Shown here in pieces: positions 50,768-62,659 of a stretch of DNA of 64,000 nt; the stretch's first letter is position 1; each line of letters begins with the position of its first letter. The notes below the pieces were generated by a model, which was not told the origin of the DNA, searched no databases, and saw only the letters and a program-made list of their open reading frames with translations. The position numbers were made by a program, and so were the translations under genes. Source of the DNA: Squalus acanthias (lineage: Eukaryota); contig CM059432.1 of assembly GCA_030390025.1 (NCBI GenBank), positions 61,754,001-61,818,000 of the forward strand. The letters are read 5' to 3'.

Positions 50768-51871
50768 ATACAAAAGCAAAATACTGCGGATGCTGAAACT
50801 CTGAAATAAAAACAGAAAATGCTGGAAATACTCAGCAGGTCAGGCAGCATCTGTAGAGCAAGAAACAGAGTTAACATTTCAGGTCGATGAGTTCTGATGA
50901 AGGGTCATCGACCTGAAATGAAGGCTGCGATTTTGCCGGAGCTCAGAGAGGCGGGTCAGATGTTAAAGTCCTTTTGATTGACGGCGGGTCCCGAACCCGC
51001 CGTCAACCCGCCTCCAAACAACGTTCCCAAGTGTCGGGTCCCCAATTTGCGAATGGACCCGACACGTAGCAGCGGGAAACAGATTAAAGGCAATTACCTG
51101 CATATTAACAGGTACTTGTCAGTAGTTTTCAGCCTGTTTTTGGATTTTCCCGCTTCTGGGTCGGGCTTCACGACGTCCAGACAACAAGCCAGGCAAGTGT
51201 GGCGTGTTGTGAATCTGGTGTAATGTTTGTGAAAAGATGACAGCTGCAGAAGTGGTGTGAAGGATGCAATGTTGCACATGGTGAGTTTCAGAGCAAAGAA
51301 AATGTTGGTTACTGCATTTTTAAACATATACAGATTTCTTTAGCTTACAAGTTTTTAAATCCAGCTATATGTCCAGTGCCACCTCATTGGGAGAACCTCT
51401 CTCACCAGTGACAGATTGCTTCTGTCTCTCACCTGCAGCTGCCATCTATTCCAGCAGATGAGGGAGTCATTGGAGAGTCTGGGTGCAAGAGTTCACCTTT
51501 GTGCAGTGATTGTCAGTGTTTTCAGCACCTCAATGCTGTCAAACGCACAGAAATCAACTGTCAAAATAAAATTGTGCATGGTCCCTTTAAGGAAACTGGC
51601 AGATGACGCGTCATCAAATGACGTCATCAGACCCGCTTCCTGTTAAATGACCGGCAAGCCCGTGGGCGGGCTTAACAAGGCCAATCAAAGGGAAAATCAC
51701 ATCTGTGGAGCTGAGGCAGCTGGGGGTGGGACTGGAACCCGGAAACCAGCTGACCCCCCCACCCCCGCCCATCCCGACACCGAACAGAAAATCGCAGCCA
51801 TTAACTCTGTTTCTCTCTCTATAGATGCTGCTTGACCCGCTGAGTATTTCCAGCATTTTCTGTTTTTATTT
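50768..51871. mobile_element. Short inverted PLE-terminus element (same family as the 12280/20369 termini), interrupted by a MITE
   Basis: GCAAAATACTGCGGATGCTG.. left arm; CTGATGA-AGGGTC-ATC-GACCT-GAAA at 50894-50918; right arm resumes at 51801; TSD-like CCTTTGT(T/A)ACTA at 50756-50767 and 51872-51883. Confidence 0.82.
50923..51799. mobile_element. Harbinger-like MITE
   Basis: TIR GGCTGCGATTTT / AAAATCGCAGCC. Confidence 0.8.
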
Positions 51872-52315
51872 CCTTTGTAACTATGGTTCTTTCACATTTG
51901 CACAAGGAAAAGTGATCATATATTCTGACAGCCACAAGTAACATCAGCTTCACATAAGGATATGAGAACTTTGAGTAACAGGAAAAACCTCTGGTTGCCA
52001 CATCCTACTGACTGATCAGGCAAGATCAGAAGCTCATGTTGATGTACTATCAAACACAAGAGTGAGAACACATCCAAAAGTGCATTTATCCAAGAAATCT
52101 CCATTTTCATACGTCAACCACCCCACCGCCCCCTCCCCACCCACCCACCATCACACTTTTCACAATATTCCTCAATCCCATCGCTCTCTTCCCAGATCAG
52201 TTTGATGTAAATATCGCAAATTAACTTGGTGGTATACCCATTCTAAAAAATTTTTTTAATCAAACTAATTTAAACGTAATACTGCTGCAATAGTGAAACC
52301 TAAGGAAAGAACTAT

Positions 52316-53498
52316 ATGGACTTTAGCAAGGCTTTTGATAAGGTTCCACATGGCAGACTGGTCACGAAGTTAAAAGCCCATGGGATCCAGGGCAAAGTGT
52401 CAAGTTGGATTCAAAACTTTCTCGGAGGCAGGAAGCAGAGGGTACTGGCTGATGGGTGTTTTTGTGACTGGAAGGCTGTTTCCAGTGGGATTCCGCAGGG
52501 CTCAGTACTAGGTCCCTTGCTTTTTGTGGTATATATCAATGATCTAGACTTGAATATAGGGGGTATGATTGAGAAGTTTGCAGATGATACTAAAATCGGC
52601 TGTGTGGTTGATACTGAAGAAGGAAGCTGTAGACTGCAGGAAGATATCAATAAATTGGTCAGGTGGGCAGAACAGTGGCAAATGGAATTCAGTCCAGAGA
52701 AGTGTGAGGTAATGCATTTGGGGAGGGCTAACAAGGAAAGGGAATACATGTTAAATGGTAGGACACTGAGTAGTGTAGAGGAACAAAGGGACCTTGGAGT
52801 GCATGTCCACAGATCCCTGAAGGTAGCAGGCCAGGTAGATAAGGTGGTTAAGAAGGCATACGGAATGCTTGCATTTATTAGCCGTGGCATAGAATACAAG
52901 AGCAGGGGGGTTATGCTTCAACTGTATAAAACACTAGTTAGGCCTCAGCTAGAGTACTGCGTGCAGTTCTGGTCACCACATTACAGGAAAGATGTGATTG
53001 CACTAGAGAGGGTACAGAGGAGATTTACAAGGATGTTGCCGGGAGTAGAGAATCTTAGCTATGAGGAAAGACTGGATAAGCTGGGTCTGTTTTCCTTGGA
53101 ACAGAGGAGGCTGAGGGGAGACCTTATTGAGGTGCATAAAATTATGAGGGGCCTAGATAAAGTGGATAGAAAGGACCTATTTCCCTTGGCAGAGGGGTCA
53201 AAAACCAGGGGGCACAGATTTAAAGTAACTGGTGGAAGGTTTAGAGGGGATTTGAGGGGAAATTTCTTCACCCAGAGGGTTGTGAGGGTCTGGAACTCAC
53301 TGCCTGAAAGGGTGGTAGAGGCAGAAACCCTAACCACATTTAAAAAGTACTTGGATGTGCACTTGGGATGCTGTAACCTGCAGGGCTACGGACCAAGAGC
53401 TGGGAAGTGGGATTAGGCTGGATAGCTCTTTGTTGGCTAGCGCGGACACGATGGGCCGAAATGGCCTCCTTCCGTGCTGTAACTTTCTATGATTCTAT
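52316..53498 (+). mobile_element. Young 5'-truncated CR1 with an uninterrupted 366-aa RT C-terminal frame
   Basis: DFSKAFDKVPH, GIPQGSVLGP, FADDTK through YGPRAGKWD*; tail TTCTATGATTCTAT. Confidence 0.95.
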
Positions 53499-54411
53499 AA
53501 AAAGATAAATGCATCTTTCAGGCACTAATGAAAATCTTATTACTTAAATTATTCTCTAAAACATACGCCATGTTCATAGTTTGCATTACTTAGTTATTGT
53601 CTGTGAATTGTGTAACCTTGCAATGTAATAAAATATAACAAATCAAGGCCCATCATGTTACTAAATTTACAAATTTATTCCAGTAACCAGTAGTGCCATG
53701 TCATAAAAGTAGCATACTGAAACTTTGTTGCCATAAACATTCTAGCCAACTATATTAGATAGTACATTTAAAATTTGTGACCATAAACATTTCATTGTAG
53801 ACTAGCTAGCTGTGATGGGTATGTAGATTGTGTGTCTGTACAAAAGCTCTTTCTTTGCCGATTAGTAAATTGCATTCTCAGGTTGATCTTGATCACAGTG
53901 ATATTTCAGCTATATTGCAGTAATAGTTTAAGGTGACATTGAAAACCCCCAGCATAAAGGACAATGTTGGTAATTAGAGTTACTATAAGAAAACTCTTGA
54001 CATATTCTTACTGTAAAGCATCAGCGCTCTGCTGAATTCAGCAGTTTCATTTTGGAAGTATATTATTTATACAAAATTAAATGAACAGCCAAGACAATCC
54101 ATTAAAAAAAATCATTAGTCCATCTAGCCGTGAAATCATAATAAAAAGACATTCTGACTACAGAAATGAACTGACAATTTTCTTGATGGCTATCCTCTTT
54201 GGTGTAAGAGCGATGGAATAGTGGATATAAAGCATTGGTATATTTTTACTCAACATATTTTGTTACTACGAGTTCATGCAGCAAAATGAGCCACTTTTAT
54301 ATTTTTAAGTTTATGGTTTGTAAGTACATATTTAAACCATACAGCCATGGATGCTATTGTTCAAAAAGATGACGCCAATGAAAATGTGGATTAATGACAG
54401 ATTTACAGAAA

Positions 54412-55167
54412 GGGGTGATTTTGCCAATGGGGGCGCGTTGGAGGCGGGACTGCTGCTTGTCGGTCGTTGTCCCGCCTCCAACGACTTGTGGCCAACCCAC
54501 GCTATTTTCCCGTGATTGACATTGTTAAGCCCGCCCAGCGGCCTTAGCAGGTCAATTAAGGGAAAGCCGGTGAGAAGCTGTCAAACACTGGCATCCTCTG
54601 TTGTTTGGTGAGTTCTTGTACTCGAGCCTCACCAAACCTATTTCCTGAGCAGAAATCAGATGGCTGTTGCATCGGAGAATGCAGCAGCCATTCTGCCATC
54701 TCTGCCGTGGAGATGCCGGAGCCTCCGGATCCCCAACGATTGAAGCCTGCAGGAAGAAACAAAGGTAAGGAAACTTTTTCTAACACTTTTCACTCACCTC
54801 ACATACTTATCTCTCCATACTTGCACCCATCACTCACCTCCACAGCGCACTTTTGGACCCCTCTCACCCTTGCAGACCCACTGCTCGCCTCGCTGACCCT
54901 GGCGGGGTTTCCCGACGTCGAGAAGCCCGCACCTCTGCTGGAAAAATGGGGATAATCTTCTTAACTGCCTGTTAACTACCTGTTAACAGGCAGTTAAGTG
55001 GCTGTAATCCCCTTCCCGCCTCCAGGAGATGGGACCCGGCGCAGGTTGGGTACCCGCCTCCTGGGAAGATGGCACGGAGGCGGGTTGGGGGCGGGATGAG
55101 TACCCACCCCCAGATTCTGCCATTTTCCCGGCAGTCCCGCCTCCCCAGGGCTGGCAAAATCGCCCCC
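54412..55167. mobile_element. Harbinger-like MITE
   Basis: TIR GGGGTGATTTTGCCA / TGGCAAAATCGCCCC. Confidence 0.8.
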
Positions 55168-55559
55168 AAAGTCTCACATCTCTGGATGATGACAGTTCTA
55201 CTACAAGTATAAAAGAGCTATATTTAGAGTATGTGAAAATCTGCTGAGTTCCATTCGTATCCATGAAGCCCTTGCATTGAGTTCAAAAAGTTTGGTTTCA
55301 TTACTGCATACAGAATAGAGCAGTTTGAAGTACATGCAGAGGAATTGATTGTAGCTTAAATCTCAGTCTATTTGCAGCAGGCAGCTTTGGTCACCGTTTT
55401 GAGTATGGTAGCAGCTATTTTGGGGACGTGGAATATTCATGGTCGAAGCTTAACACCCCAACAAAGGAACAAATGAAGACTAGTAGACTTTTAAAATGCA
55501 ATTGTTTTAAGTTTTAGTTAGACACTGACTGGTGTTCTTTTGACTTCCTTGATTGAGGA

Positions 55560-56916
55560 AGAAAAAAAAAGTTTGCATTTATATAGTGCTTTTTTCACAT
55601 TCTCATGACCTCCCAAAGTGCTTCACAACCAATGAGTTACTTTTGAAGTGTTGTCACTGTTGTTATGTAGGCTAACATCGTAGCCAATTTGCACATATCA
55701 AACAAGCAATGAGACAATGGGGTATAAATTAGTTGGCGCCCAGTTTCGGTGCGAAGGTGACGATGGGGCTAAAATGCACTCCTGAAATGGGAGGCCCGAG
55801 GCCGACCCAAAATTGGGCCTCGGGCCTCATTAAAGCCTTCACGCTTCCAGGCAGCTCACCCATTTGAAGAAATGAGTATCAGGCCACTTGCTGGGCCAGC
55901 AGCGACCCAACGCTAAATCCTGGGAGGAGGGGTTTATGCGGCAACGGGTGGGATCGGGATACTGTGGAGTTAAGGAAGTACTCCTGCTCCGCCTGGCTTC
56001 ACTGAAATCATTTATTTATTTATTTTTAATATTTACCTTTTGGTCGAGGTCACCTAGTGACCACTTAAGAATCCTGAGCAGAGCTGGCCCAGCAATATCG
56101 AATGTGGTAGAGGGTGCATAAAGCAAGTGTTAGGGCCCTCATTTTTTCTTGTAAGGGGCACAATGTCTTTTTTAGTCGGTCACCAGGGACGCCTGAAAAG
56201 TCACCCTACCCAATATCAAGTCAGATGTCTTTCAGTCATCCCTTGGTGTGGCATGTTGTTTTCCGAAATTGACCTCCTTGTTCCCGTTTTACACCTGTAA
56301 TACAAGGTCCAATTTCTACCCCATGACTAGTTCAGTGTTATCCAGTACATTAGCCACTAGCCACATGAGGCTAATTTCATTTCTGATTAGTAAATACAAG
56401 ATGAGTAATAAACACAGTCGTTGAGCGTGTGATCTCAGTACTCATATTCGCAAGGCAGATGCACGTGTACTTTAACCTTTAGTGCATTTGTTTGTAAAAG
56501 GGTAAGACAATAAGTAGAGTGCAAGTGCTTTTAGATCATTGTGAGTGCTTTACTTCCTTGGTTACTGAATGGTAAGTAAATATACACGTGAACTACATTT
56601 GTCTGTATTGTGTGAATGTATGTAAAGCACGTTTTACTAAAATTAATGCATGTGGCTAAAACAGTGTTGCCATAGTCACACATGTGGCTAGTTGGCAATT
56701 TCTATGGGACAACACTGCACTAGTTAATCTGTTTTGGTTGTGTTGGTTGAGGGAGGAATGTTGGCCAGTACACTTTCCCTGATCTTTTTTGAATAGTGCC
56801 ATAGGATTTTTTATGTTCAAATGAACAGCTGAGCCTCAGTTTAATAACTCATCCAAAAGTTGGCTCCTTTTGCATTTGACAATGTAACACTCCCTTAGTC
56901 GGAAGTGTGAGCCTAG
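55560..56916 (-). mobile_element. Deu-SINE (SacSINE1/AmnSINE-like) split into 55560-55715 and about 56715-56916 by later insertions
   Basis: Reverse complement resembles recalled Deu-domain and tail sequence (TGCAAATTGGCT..ACAACAGTGAC..CTTCAAAAGT..TATATAAATGCAA; TGGCACTATT; CCCTCAACCAAC). Confidence 0.7.
55719..56282. mobile_element. Harbinger-like MITE nested in the Deu-SINE
   Basis: Ends GGGGTATAAATT / AATTTCTACCCC. Confidence 0.65.
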
Positions 56917-57189
56917 AAGCAACTACCTGTAATATTTGCAGTAGGTCTGGCAGACATTTTGACCCTGACATTTACTCGGCCATAGCGAGGGTGGGAGAAG
57001 TCGGAGATCACGGGTGAGGGTGAAGGGAGCCGGAGATCGTGAGTTCCGATCAAGGGTCTGTAAAGAAGTAAGCTTGGTAAGCACTCCTGCTCCTCCTGAT
57101 CCACAAGCAGTGAATCACCAGGAACTAGTGTGCAGGAGCTAGGGTGGAAGGTAGGACGGCATAGTAGCCAGCTCGTCGGCGGGCGAGAT

Positions 57190-57900
57190 CGCATCCTAGC
57201 CCTGCTGCAGAGGACTCAGATGTTGACCTCAAGGACCCAGACGATCGACGAAATCTGATAGTCATTCACCAGGAAATGCTAAGTACCCTGGCCTGCCTGC
57301 CAGTGAACTTGCACACAATGGCTGGGAGAATGGAAGAGTCCAGTTCCAACTTTTGTTGGTGCTTCGCGCAGAGCATAGAGACCATGCTGTGAACCATGGA
57401 GCAAGTGGTCAGTTCCACGAACACGGTAGTGGGGCCTACCATGACAGATCTTCGGGTGACAGTTCTGACAGCTTCCATGGAAACTCAGACTGCTACTATT
57501 TTAGCTCTGGGGTCCAGGATTGACCGGGGCTACCATAGCGTCATATCACTCCTGCACTCTCTTCTCCGGCAGAGCCGTAGGAGTTCTGAGACACAGCTCC
57601 AGGAGAGTTGCATTGACTCCATGGGAGAGGCCCCTGCTGTCCTCTCTCAGGATGACAGTATGCCTACTTCCCCCGCCATTCACTTCACCAGTGCCCTTGT
57701 CAGTGCCACACAGCCAGCTGGGCCAGACTGCCTTGGCCCACGCAATATGCCACAGACTGCAGATGAGCCCTAAGGCCCAGAGCAGCTAGAGGTTGTCCCC
57801 CATAGCCATCTGAAGTGCCCTTAATGGAAGCTCAGCAGCCTTTCACCTTCCAAGCTGTAGCCACTGGGGGTAGACTTCATAGGTACACTAGGATATGTAA
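57190..57900 (+). mobile_element. Degenerate Harbinger Myb-gene 3' exon fragment
   Basis: CTGCAGAGGACTCAGATG..GAGTCCAG..CCATGGAGCAAGTG resembles 26660-26830 and the reverse of 48800-49050. Confidence 0.55.
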
Positions 57901-58207
57901 ACGAGCACAGATGAGAGGTACTAATGGTTTGCAGAAGGGTGATTCTTAATTCTGCAAGTTGATCTGTAATCCAACTATGAAGTGAGTTTTTGCAGTAAAT
58001 TTTTTTCCTGGATTCGGAGTTGGTGTTAATATTTGTACTCAAGCGAGGCCTGAGGCCTCCCTGCCCAGCCCTGATTCCGGACCCAAAAACGAGCCTTGAC
58101 GAATTTCCACCCTTGTGAGTCAGGCGAGGATAGTTCTTGCATTGTTTTGCTTCTGAGTGGCTGCAACATTTCAATGTCATACAGGTCACATGCAGAAGCC
58201 AGCACTT

Positions 58208-58612
58208 CATAGAATCACAGGATCTAACAGCACAGAAGGAGGCCAATCGCCCAGTCGTGCCTGTGCTGGCTCTTTGAAAGAGCTATTCAATTAGTCCCAC
58301 TTACCTGCTCTTTCCCCATAGCCCTACAAATTGCTCCAATTCAAGTATTTTTCTAATTCCGTTTTGAAAGTTACTATTGAATCTGCTTCCACCACAACTT
58401 GCTGTGTAAAAGAAAAAATCTCTTCATCTCCCCTTTGGCTCTTTTGCGAATTATCTTAAATCTGTGTCCTCTGATTACTGACCCTCCCACCAGTGGAAAC
58501 AGTTTCTCCTTATTTACTCTATCAAAACCCCTCATCATTTTAAATATGTGTATTAAATCTCTCCTTTACCTTCTCTGCTCTAAAAGAAGAACAATCCCAG
58601 CTTCTCTAGTCT
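58208..58612 (-). mobile_element. CR1 3' fragment
   Basis: Parallels 4909-5330 (CATAGAATC..CAGCACAGAAGGAGGCC). Confidence 0.85.
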
Positions 58613-59237
58613 TTCAGATCAAAATTTTCAGCCCTATTAATATAAACTAGTATAAGATTTCACAAAAGGCCAGATAACATGGCCATTCTTATTTAACTCC
58701 TAAGGTCTTATTACAGAATTATTATTGGAAAAGAGTTACAAATGGAATTTTAAGAGATAAGATAAACGTAATCATGCTCCGAAATGTACTGCAGTCTCGA
58801 GGAAATTTATCAGCAGATCAAACATGTTTTAGAACATAAGAAATAAGAGCAGGAGTAGGCCATACGCCCCCTTGAGCCTGTTTTGTGTGTTGAGCTATAA
58901 AATCAACCAAATGGTGAACAATGTGTAGCAAATCTTGATTTTGCTGTAAGTGTTCTGCTTGAAGTGTACAATGGGAGCAAATAGTAAGTGGTTTGGTACA
59001 GTGTCATTCTGTTATGGATCTTGCCACCTACTTTATACAGAGTGGTTATATAAATGTAAAGAAACAATAATTAACTTTCACACTGTAAGTGGGAATTGCC
59101 AGTATTGAGTTTGAAATAAATGTTGCTATAGCAACAATATCCAGGAAAAAGCATAAAAACAAATTTGAACTTCAGTGAGATTGAGAACTATAAAATGAAT
59201 GGACCCAGTTTGTTGAGGTTTTATCCTTTCTTAATAG

Positions 59238-59325
59238 TGTCCTTGACAGTCCAAGCCGACTAGATGAAGAACATCGTTTGATAGCACGATATGCAGCACG
59301 ACTCGCTGCTGAGGCAGCGTCTTCA
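59238..59325 (+). CDS. DTNA: Alpha-dystrobrevin constitutive syntrophin-binding exon: [29 protein letters not shown]
   Basis: AATAG|T...TTCA|GTAAGT, 88 nt; dystrobrevin signature [19 protein letters not shown]. Confidence 0.97.
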
Positions 59326-59744
59326 GTAAGTAGCGAACCAAATAGTCTGGTTTCTTTCAGTTTCTTTTTTTAATATGTTGAGCTGATAACCAAATTTAGT
59401 TGCTGTGGAACAGCTCAGTATTACCTGCAGCATCACAAGTATATACATTTTTAAAAGTTTCTTCAAAGCATGCAGTACAATGCTGGAGTCCACTCTTCAG
59501 TGTATCCTGCTTCTGCAACTTGATTTCATGGTATAATCAGCAGTTTAAAAAATGAAAACATTTTATGAATTGAATATTTTAGAAGGTTAAGATATATTTT
59601 TGCATGGATTTGTTATAGGATGAAGAAGTACATTCGCAGATGATTGTTACTGTTTTGGGGTCATAAAACTGCTGTGTCCCATAAACTGAATTTTTTTTTA
59701 ATTTTAAATAATCCACTGGAGTCTGATTTACCCTATTCAAGCCT

Positions 59745-60438
59745 ACCCACCCCCTCCCAGGCCACTGTCTCAGGTTAAACCAGACTGTTTGCAATCTTGG
59801 CATCCTATTTGATTGATCTGAACTTCAAATCCCGTATAGCTCCATCAAAATTACCACCTACTCCAATGTCCTAACATCGCCCATCTGCTGCTGAAACCCT
59901 AATCCTTGCCGTTGTCACCTCCTGACTCAAGTATTCCAATGCTCTCTTGGCCAGCCTCCCATCTTCCACTCTCCGTAATATTTAGTTCATTGAAAACTCT
60001 TCACCAAGCCCCATTCAGCCATCACCCCTATCCTCATGGATCCTGTTCCCCAATACATCTAATTTAACATTTTCATCTTCATGGCCTCACCATTTCCCTA
60101 TCTCTGTGACCTCCTCCAACCCTACCATCCCCCAATCTGCATTCCTCCAGCTCTGGGCTCTTGCGGATTCCCCATTCCCTTCGCCCCACCATTGGCGGCC
60201 GTGTCTCCAGCCATCTAGGCACTATTTCTGGAATTCCCTCCCTAAATCTCTCCGTCTCTCCACTACCCTCTTCTCCTTCAAGACCTTCCTTAAAACTCAC
60301 CTCATTGACCAACTTTTTAGTCACTCTTCCTAATATCTTCTTTGGCTCGGCATCCACTTTGGTCAGATTACGCCTCTGTGAAACACCTTGGGACGTTTGC
60401 CTATGTTAAAGGCACTATATAAATGCAAGTTGTTGTTT
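59745..60438 (+). mobile_element. L2 3' fragment
   Basis: Parallels 8240-8995; tail GGCACTATATAAATGCAAGTTGTTG. Confidence 0.85.
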
Positions 60439-60762
60439 GATATCTGGCCTATTCTGGTGCATTCATTTTAAATTCAGCTTTCTACAGATATTTTGTGGTA
60501 CACCATTAACAAAATATACTTCTTTCTGTATTTTGAATTGCTAAAAATAAATGGTTCCTTTTTAAGATGTTAAGTGTTTTTATACTTAATCCCAATTTCC
60601 TTTGCATGACCAGATTCATTTAATTACCTTCTGGAACATTTTTTGTAAATTATAACTGCCCGTCTCAGAGTGAAGACTAATTATGGCAAGAAGGCTTTCC
60701 CAGTGTGCTCAGCCTTTAAATTAGAACTTCTATTTAAATCAAACAAGTAAACAAAAACTAAA

Positions 60763-61377
60763 GCCTCGATTTTAAACCTGCCTGCCTGGCAAGAGCAGCA
60801 CATGTGTGGGCATTAAAATCGGGTTTTGGAACATACCGCACCGTTCCCGAACTGTTTATGCTGTCTGCCATTTTGAATGGTAATCATTCTCGCTTTGGGC
60901 AGGCGTCTGCCCAAGGCAAGCTTGGCCTAATTACATACTCGATGACGTCATCCAGACACACTCGCCATTTTAACTGCAAAGTCCCTGCAAAGTCCCGCGC
61001 AGTCCCAGACCTGCCAGTAAAACCTGCCAACAGATTTTTTAAAGGTTTCCTTGTGGACGTGGAGCTCAAGGAAACCTTGGCCCTCATCTACCTTAGGCTG
61101 CCCTCTCTCTCCCCTGACTGTGATCGCCTCAGGACACCCACCTCCCAGACCAACTTACCTGGCTGCTGGGAACTGTCCCCGGTGGCTGCATCCTATCACT
61201 CAAACTCCGGCTCCCGTCGACTGGCCTACACATTATTCCCACCTGGTTTGGGCGGGAGATCCATTTAAATCATTTCAGTAAGGTAAGGCAGTTAAAATCT
61301 CCCAGGCCTCACGCTGCGGGGAGCCAGATGGATTGCCGGCCGCATCGGCTTCCGTCCCAGGTTAGAATCGGGGTTCA
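60763..61377. mobile_element. Probable MITE
   Basis: Imperfect TIRs CCTCGATTTTAAACC / GGTTAGAATCGGGG; GC-rich relative to flanks. Confidence 0.55.
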
Positions 61378-61887
61378 AGTCTTACTCACTTCAAAAACTG
61401 CTCTGTCGGCAGGTAGCAAATTTAAATAAAATTGTTAATGGTCTCTAATGCCGTTCTCACTGCAATATCCTTGGCACCTTGTTTGTCTTCGTAAAGTGAA
61501 AATTAAATCAAATCGCTCTAAGCCTACTGCTGCAAACAGAATATTTTGAAGCTTCATAGTTTTTCCTTCAAAGTAACTTGTATTGCAATGAAAATGTTAA
61601 AGAGTGTGCTGATATCACTGCTGAGTAGTCTGACAAATCCATAGCCACTTCCATAGTTGACTCCAATCTCCAATGCTTTCTACTGATCTGCAGTTAGAGT
61701 TCATAATTTGTTCTGTTACCACACTCTCAAGGTGCTCGAGCAAAGAAAGCAGCTTCTCGGCGATAGATCTGTGAAGGAATACCAATTTTTTACTGAGCGT
61801 GAAAGAAAAAAAAGTTTGTGCATTGGTCCACTTGAAAAACAAATGTTTGATGCAGCCTAAAAAAAAAATGTTTCTAAACCTTTCTAG

Positions 61888-61976
61888 CAACAGCGTGCTC
61901 CCTCTGATATCTCCTCTACCATAGATGCAAATAAACAGCAGCGGCAGTTGATTGCTGAACTTGAAAACAAGAACAG
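61888..61976 (+). CDS. DTNA: Alpha-dystrobrevin exon starting coiled-coil helix 1: QQRAPSDISSTIDANKQQRQLIAELENKN(R)
   Basis: TTTCTAG|CAA...AACAG|GTAAGT, 89 nt, phase 0-2, in frame with 59325. Confidence 0.97.
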
Positions 61977-62170
61977 GTAAGTAATGCAATCTTAATTTCA
62001 TCTTTATGTTCCTTTCATTCGTTAACCAGTATGTTCAGGTTCAACAAGAAAGGACGCAGTGCTAGGTCTGATTCTGGGTAATTAGGAAGGATAGTAAGCA
62101 ATCTCAAGGTAAGAGAACATGTGAGAAATAATGACCATAACTTAATCAGCTAATTTCAGTGGGATGAAAG

Positions 62171-62537
62171 TAGGATTTTCAACCTTCCAGGACTACCCTG
62201 GAGTCTCCAGAAATTAAAAACTAATCTCCAGGACACTGCTGCGAGCAACCCAGGAGAAAAATCATAGCGGCAAAAAAATATATATTTTTTTTGAACATTT
62301 TTGTTAATTAGTTATAAAATATTGGATATGGGGAAAAAAGGCTGTTGACTGACAGTTAAGAATCATCATCAGGAAATGAAGAGTCTATTCACTTTCCGAT
62401 TGGCATGAGTATGGGAGCTCCATGAGGATGGACATGTCGGGTGACCAATGGTGTGAGTATAGGAGCAGGGCAGTTGGAGGCAGGAGGTCATGTGATGAAA
62501 CCTCCAGGAATATGTCCAACCAGAGTTGGCAACCCTA
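62171..62537. mobile_element. hAT-type MITE (TAGGGTTGCCA terminus class)
   Basis: Ends TAGGATTTTCAAC / GTTGGCAACCCTA; exact 8-bp TSD GATGAAAG at 62163-62170 and 62538-62545. Confidence 0.85.
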
Positions 62538-62659
62538 GATGAAAGGCAGCCTAGCTCAGACTCATTGGATAGAAAAAATGACAGATCAAAATGGAAACGT
62601 AGTGGGAGATATTATTTAAATATGAGATACATAAGATACAGGTTAAATGCATACCAGGA

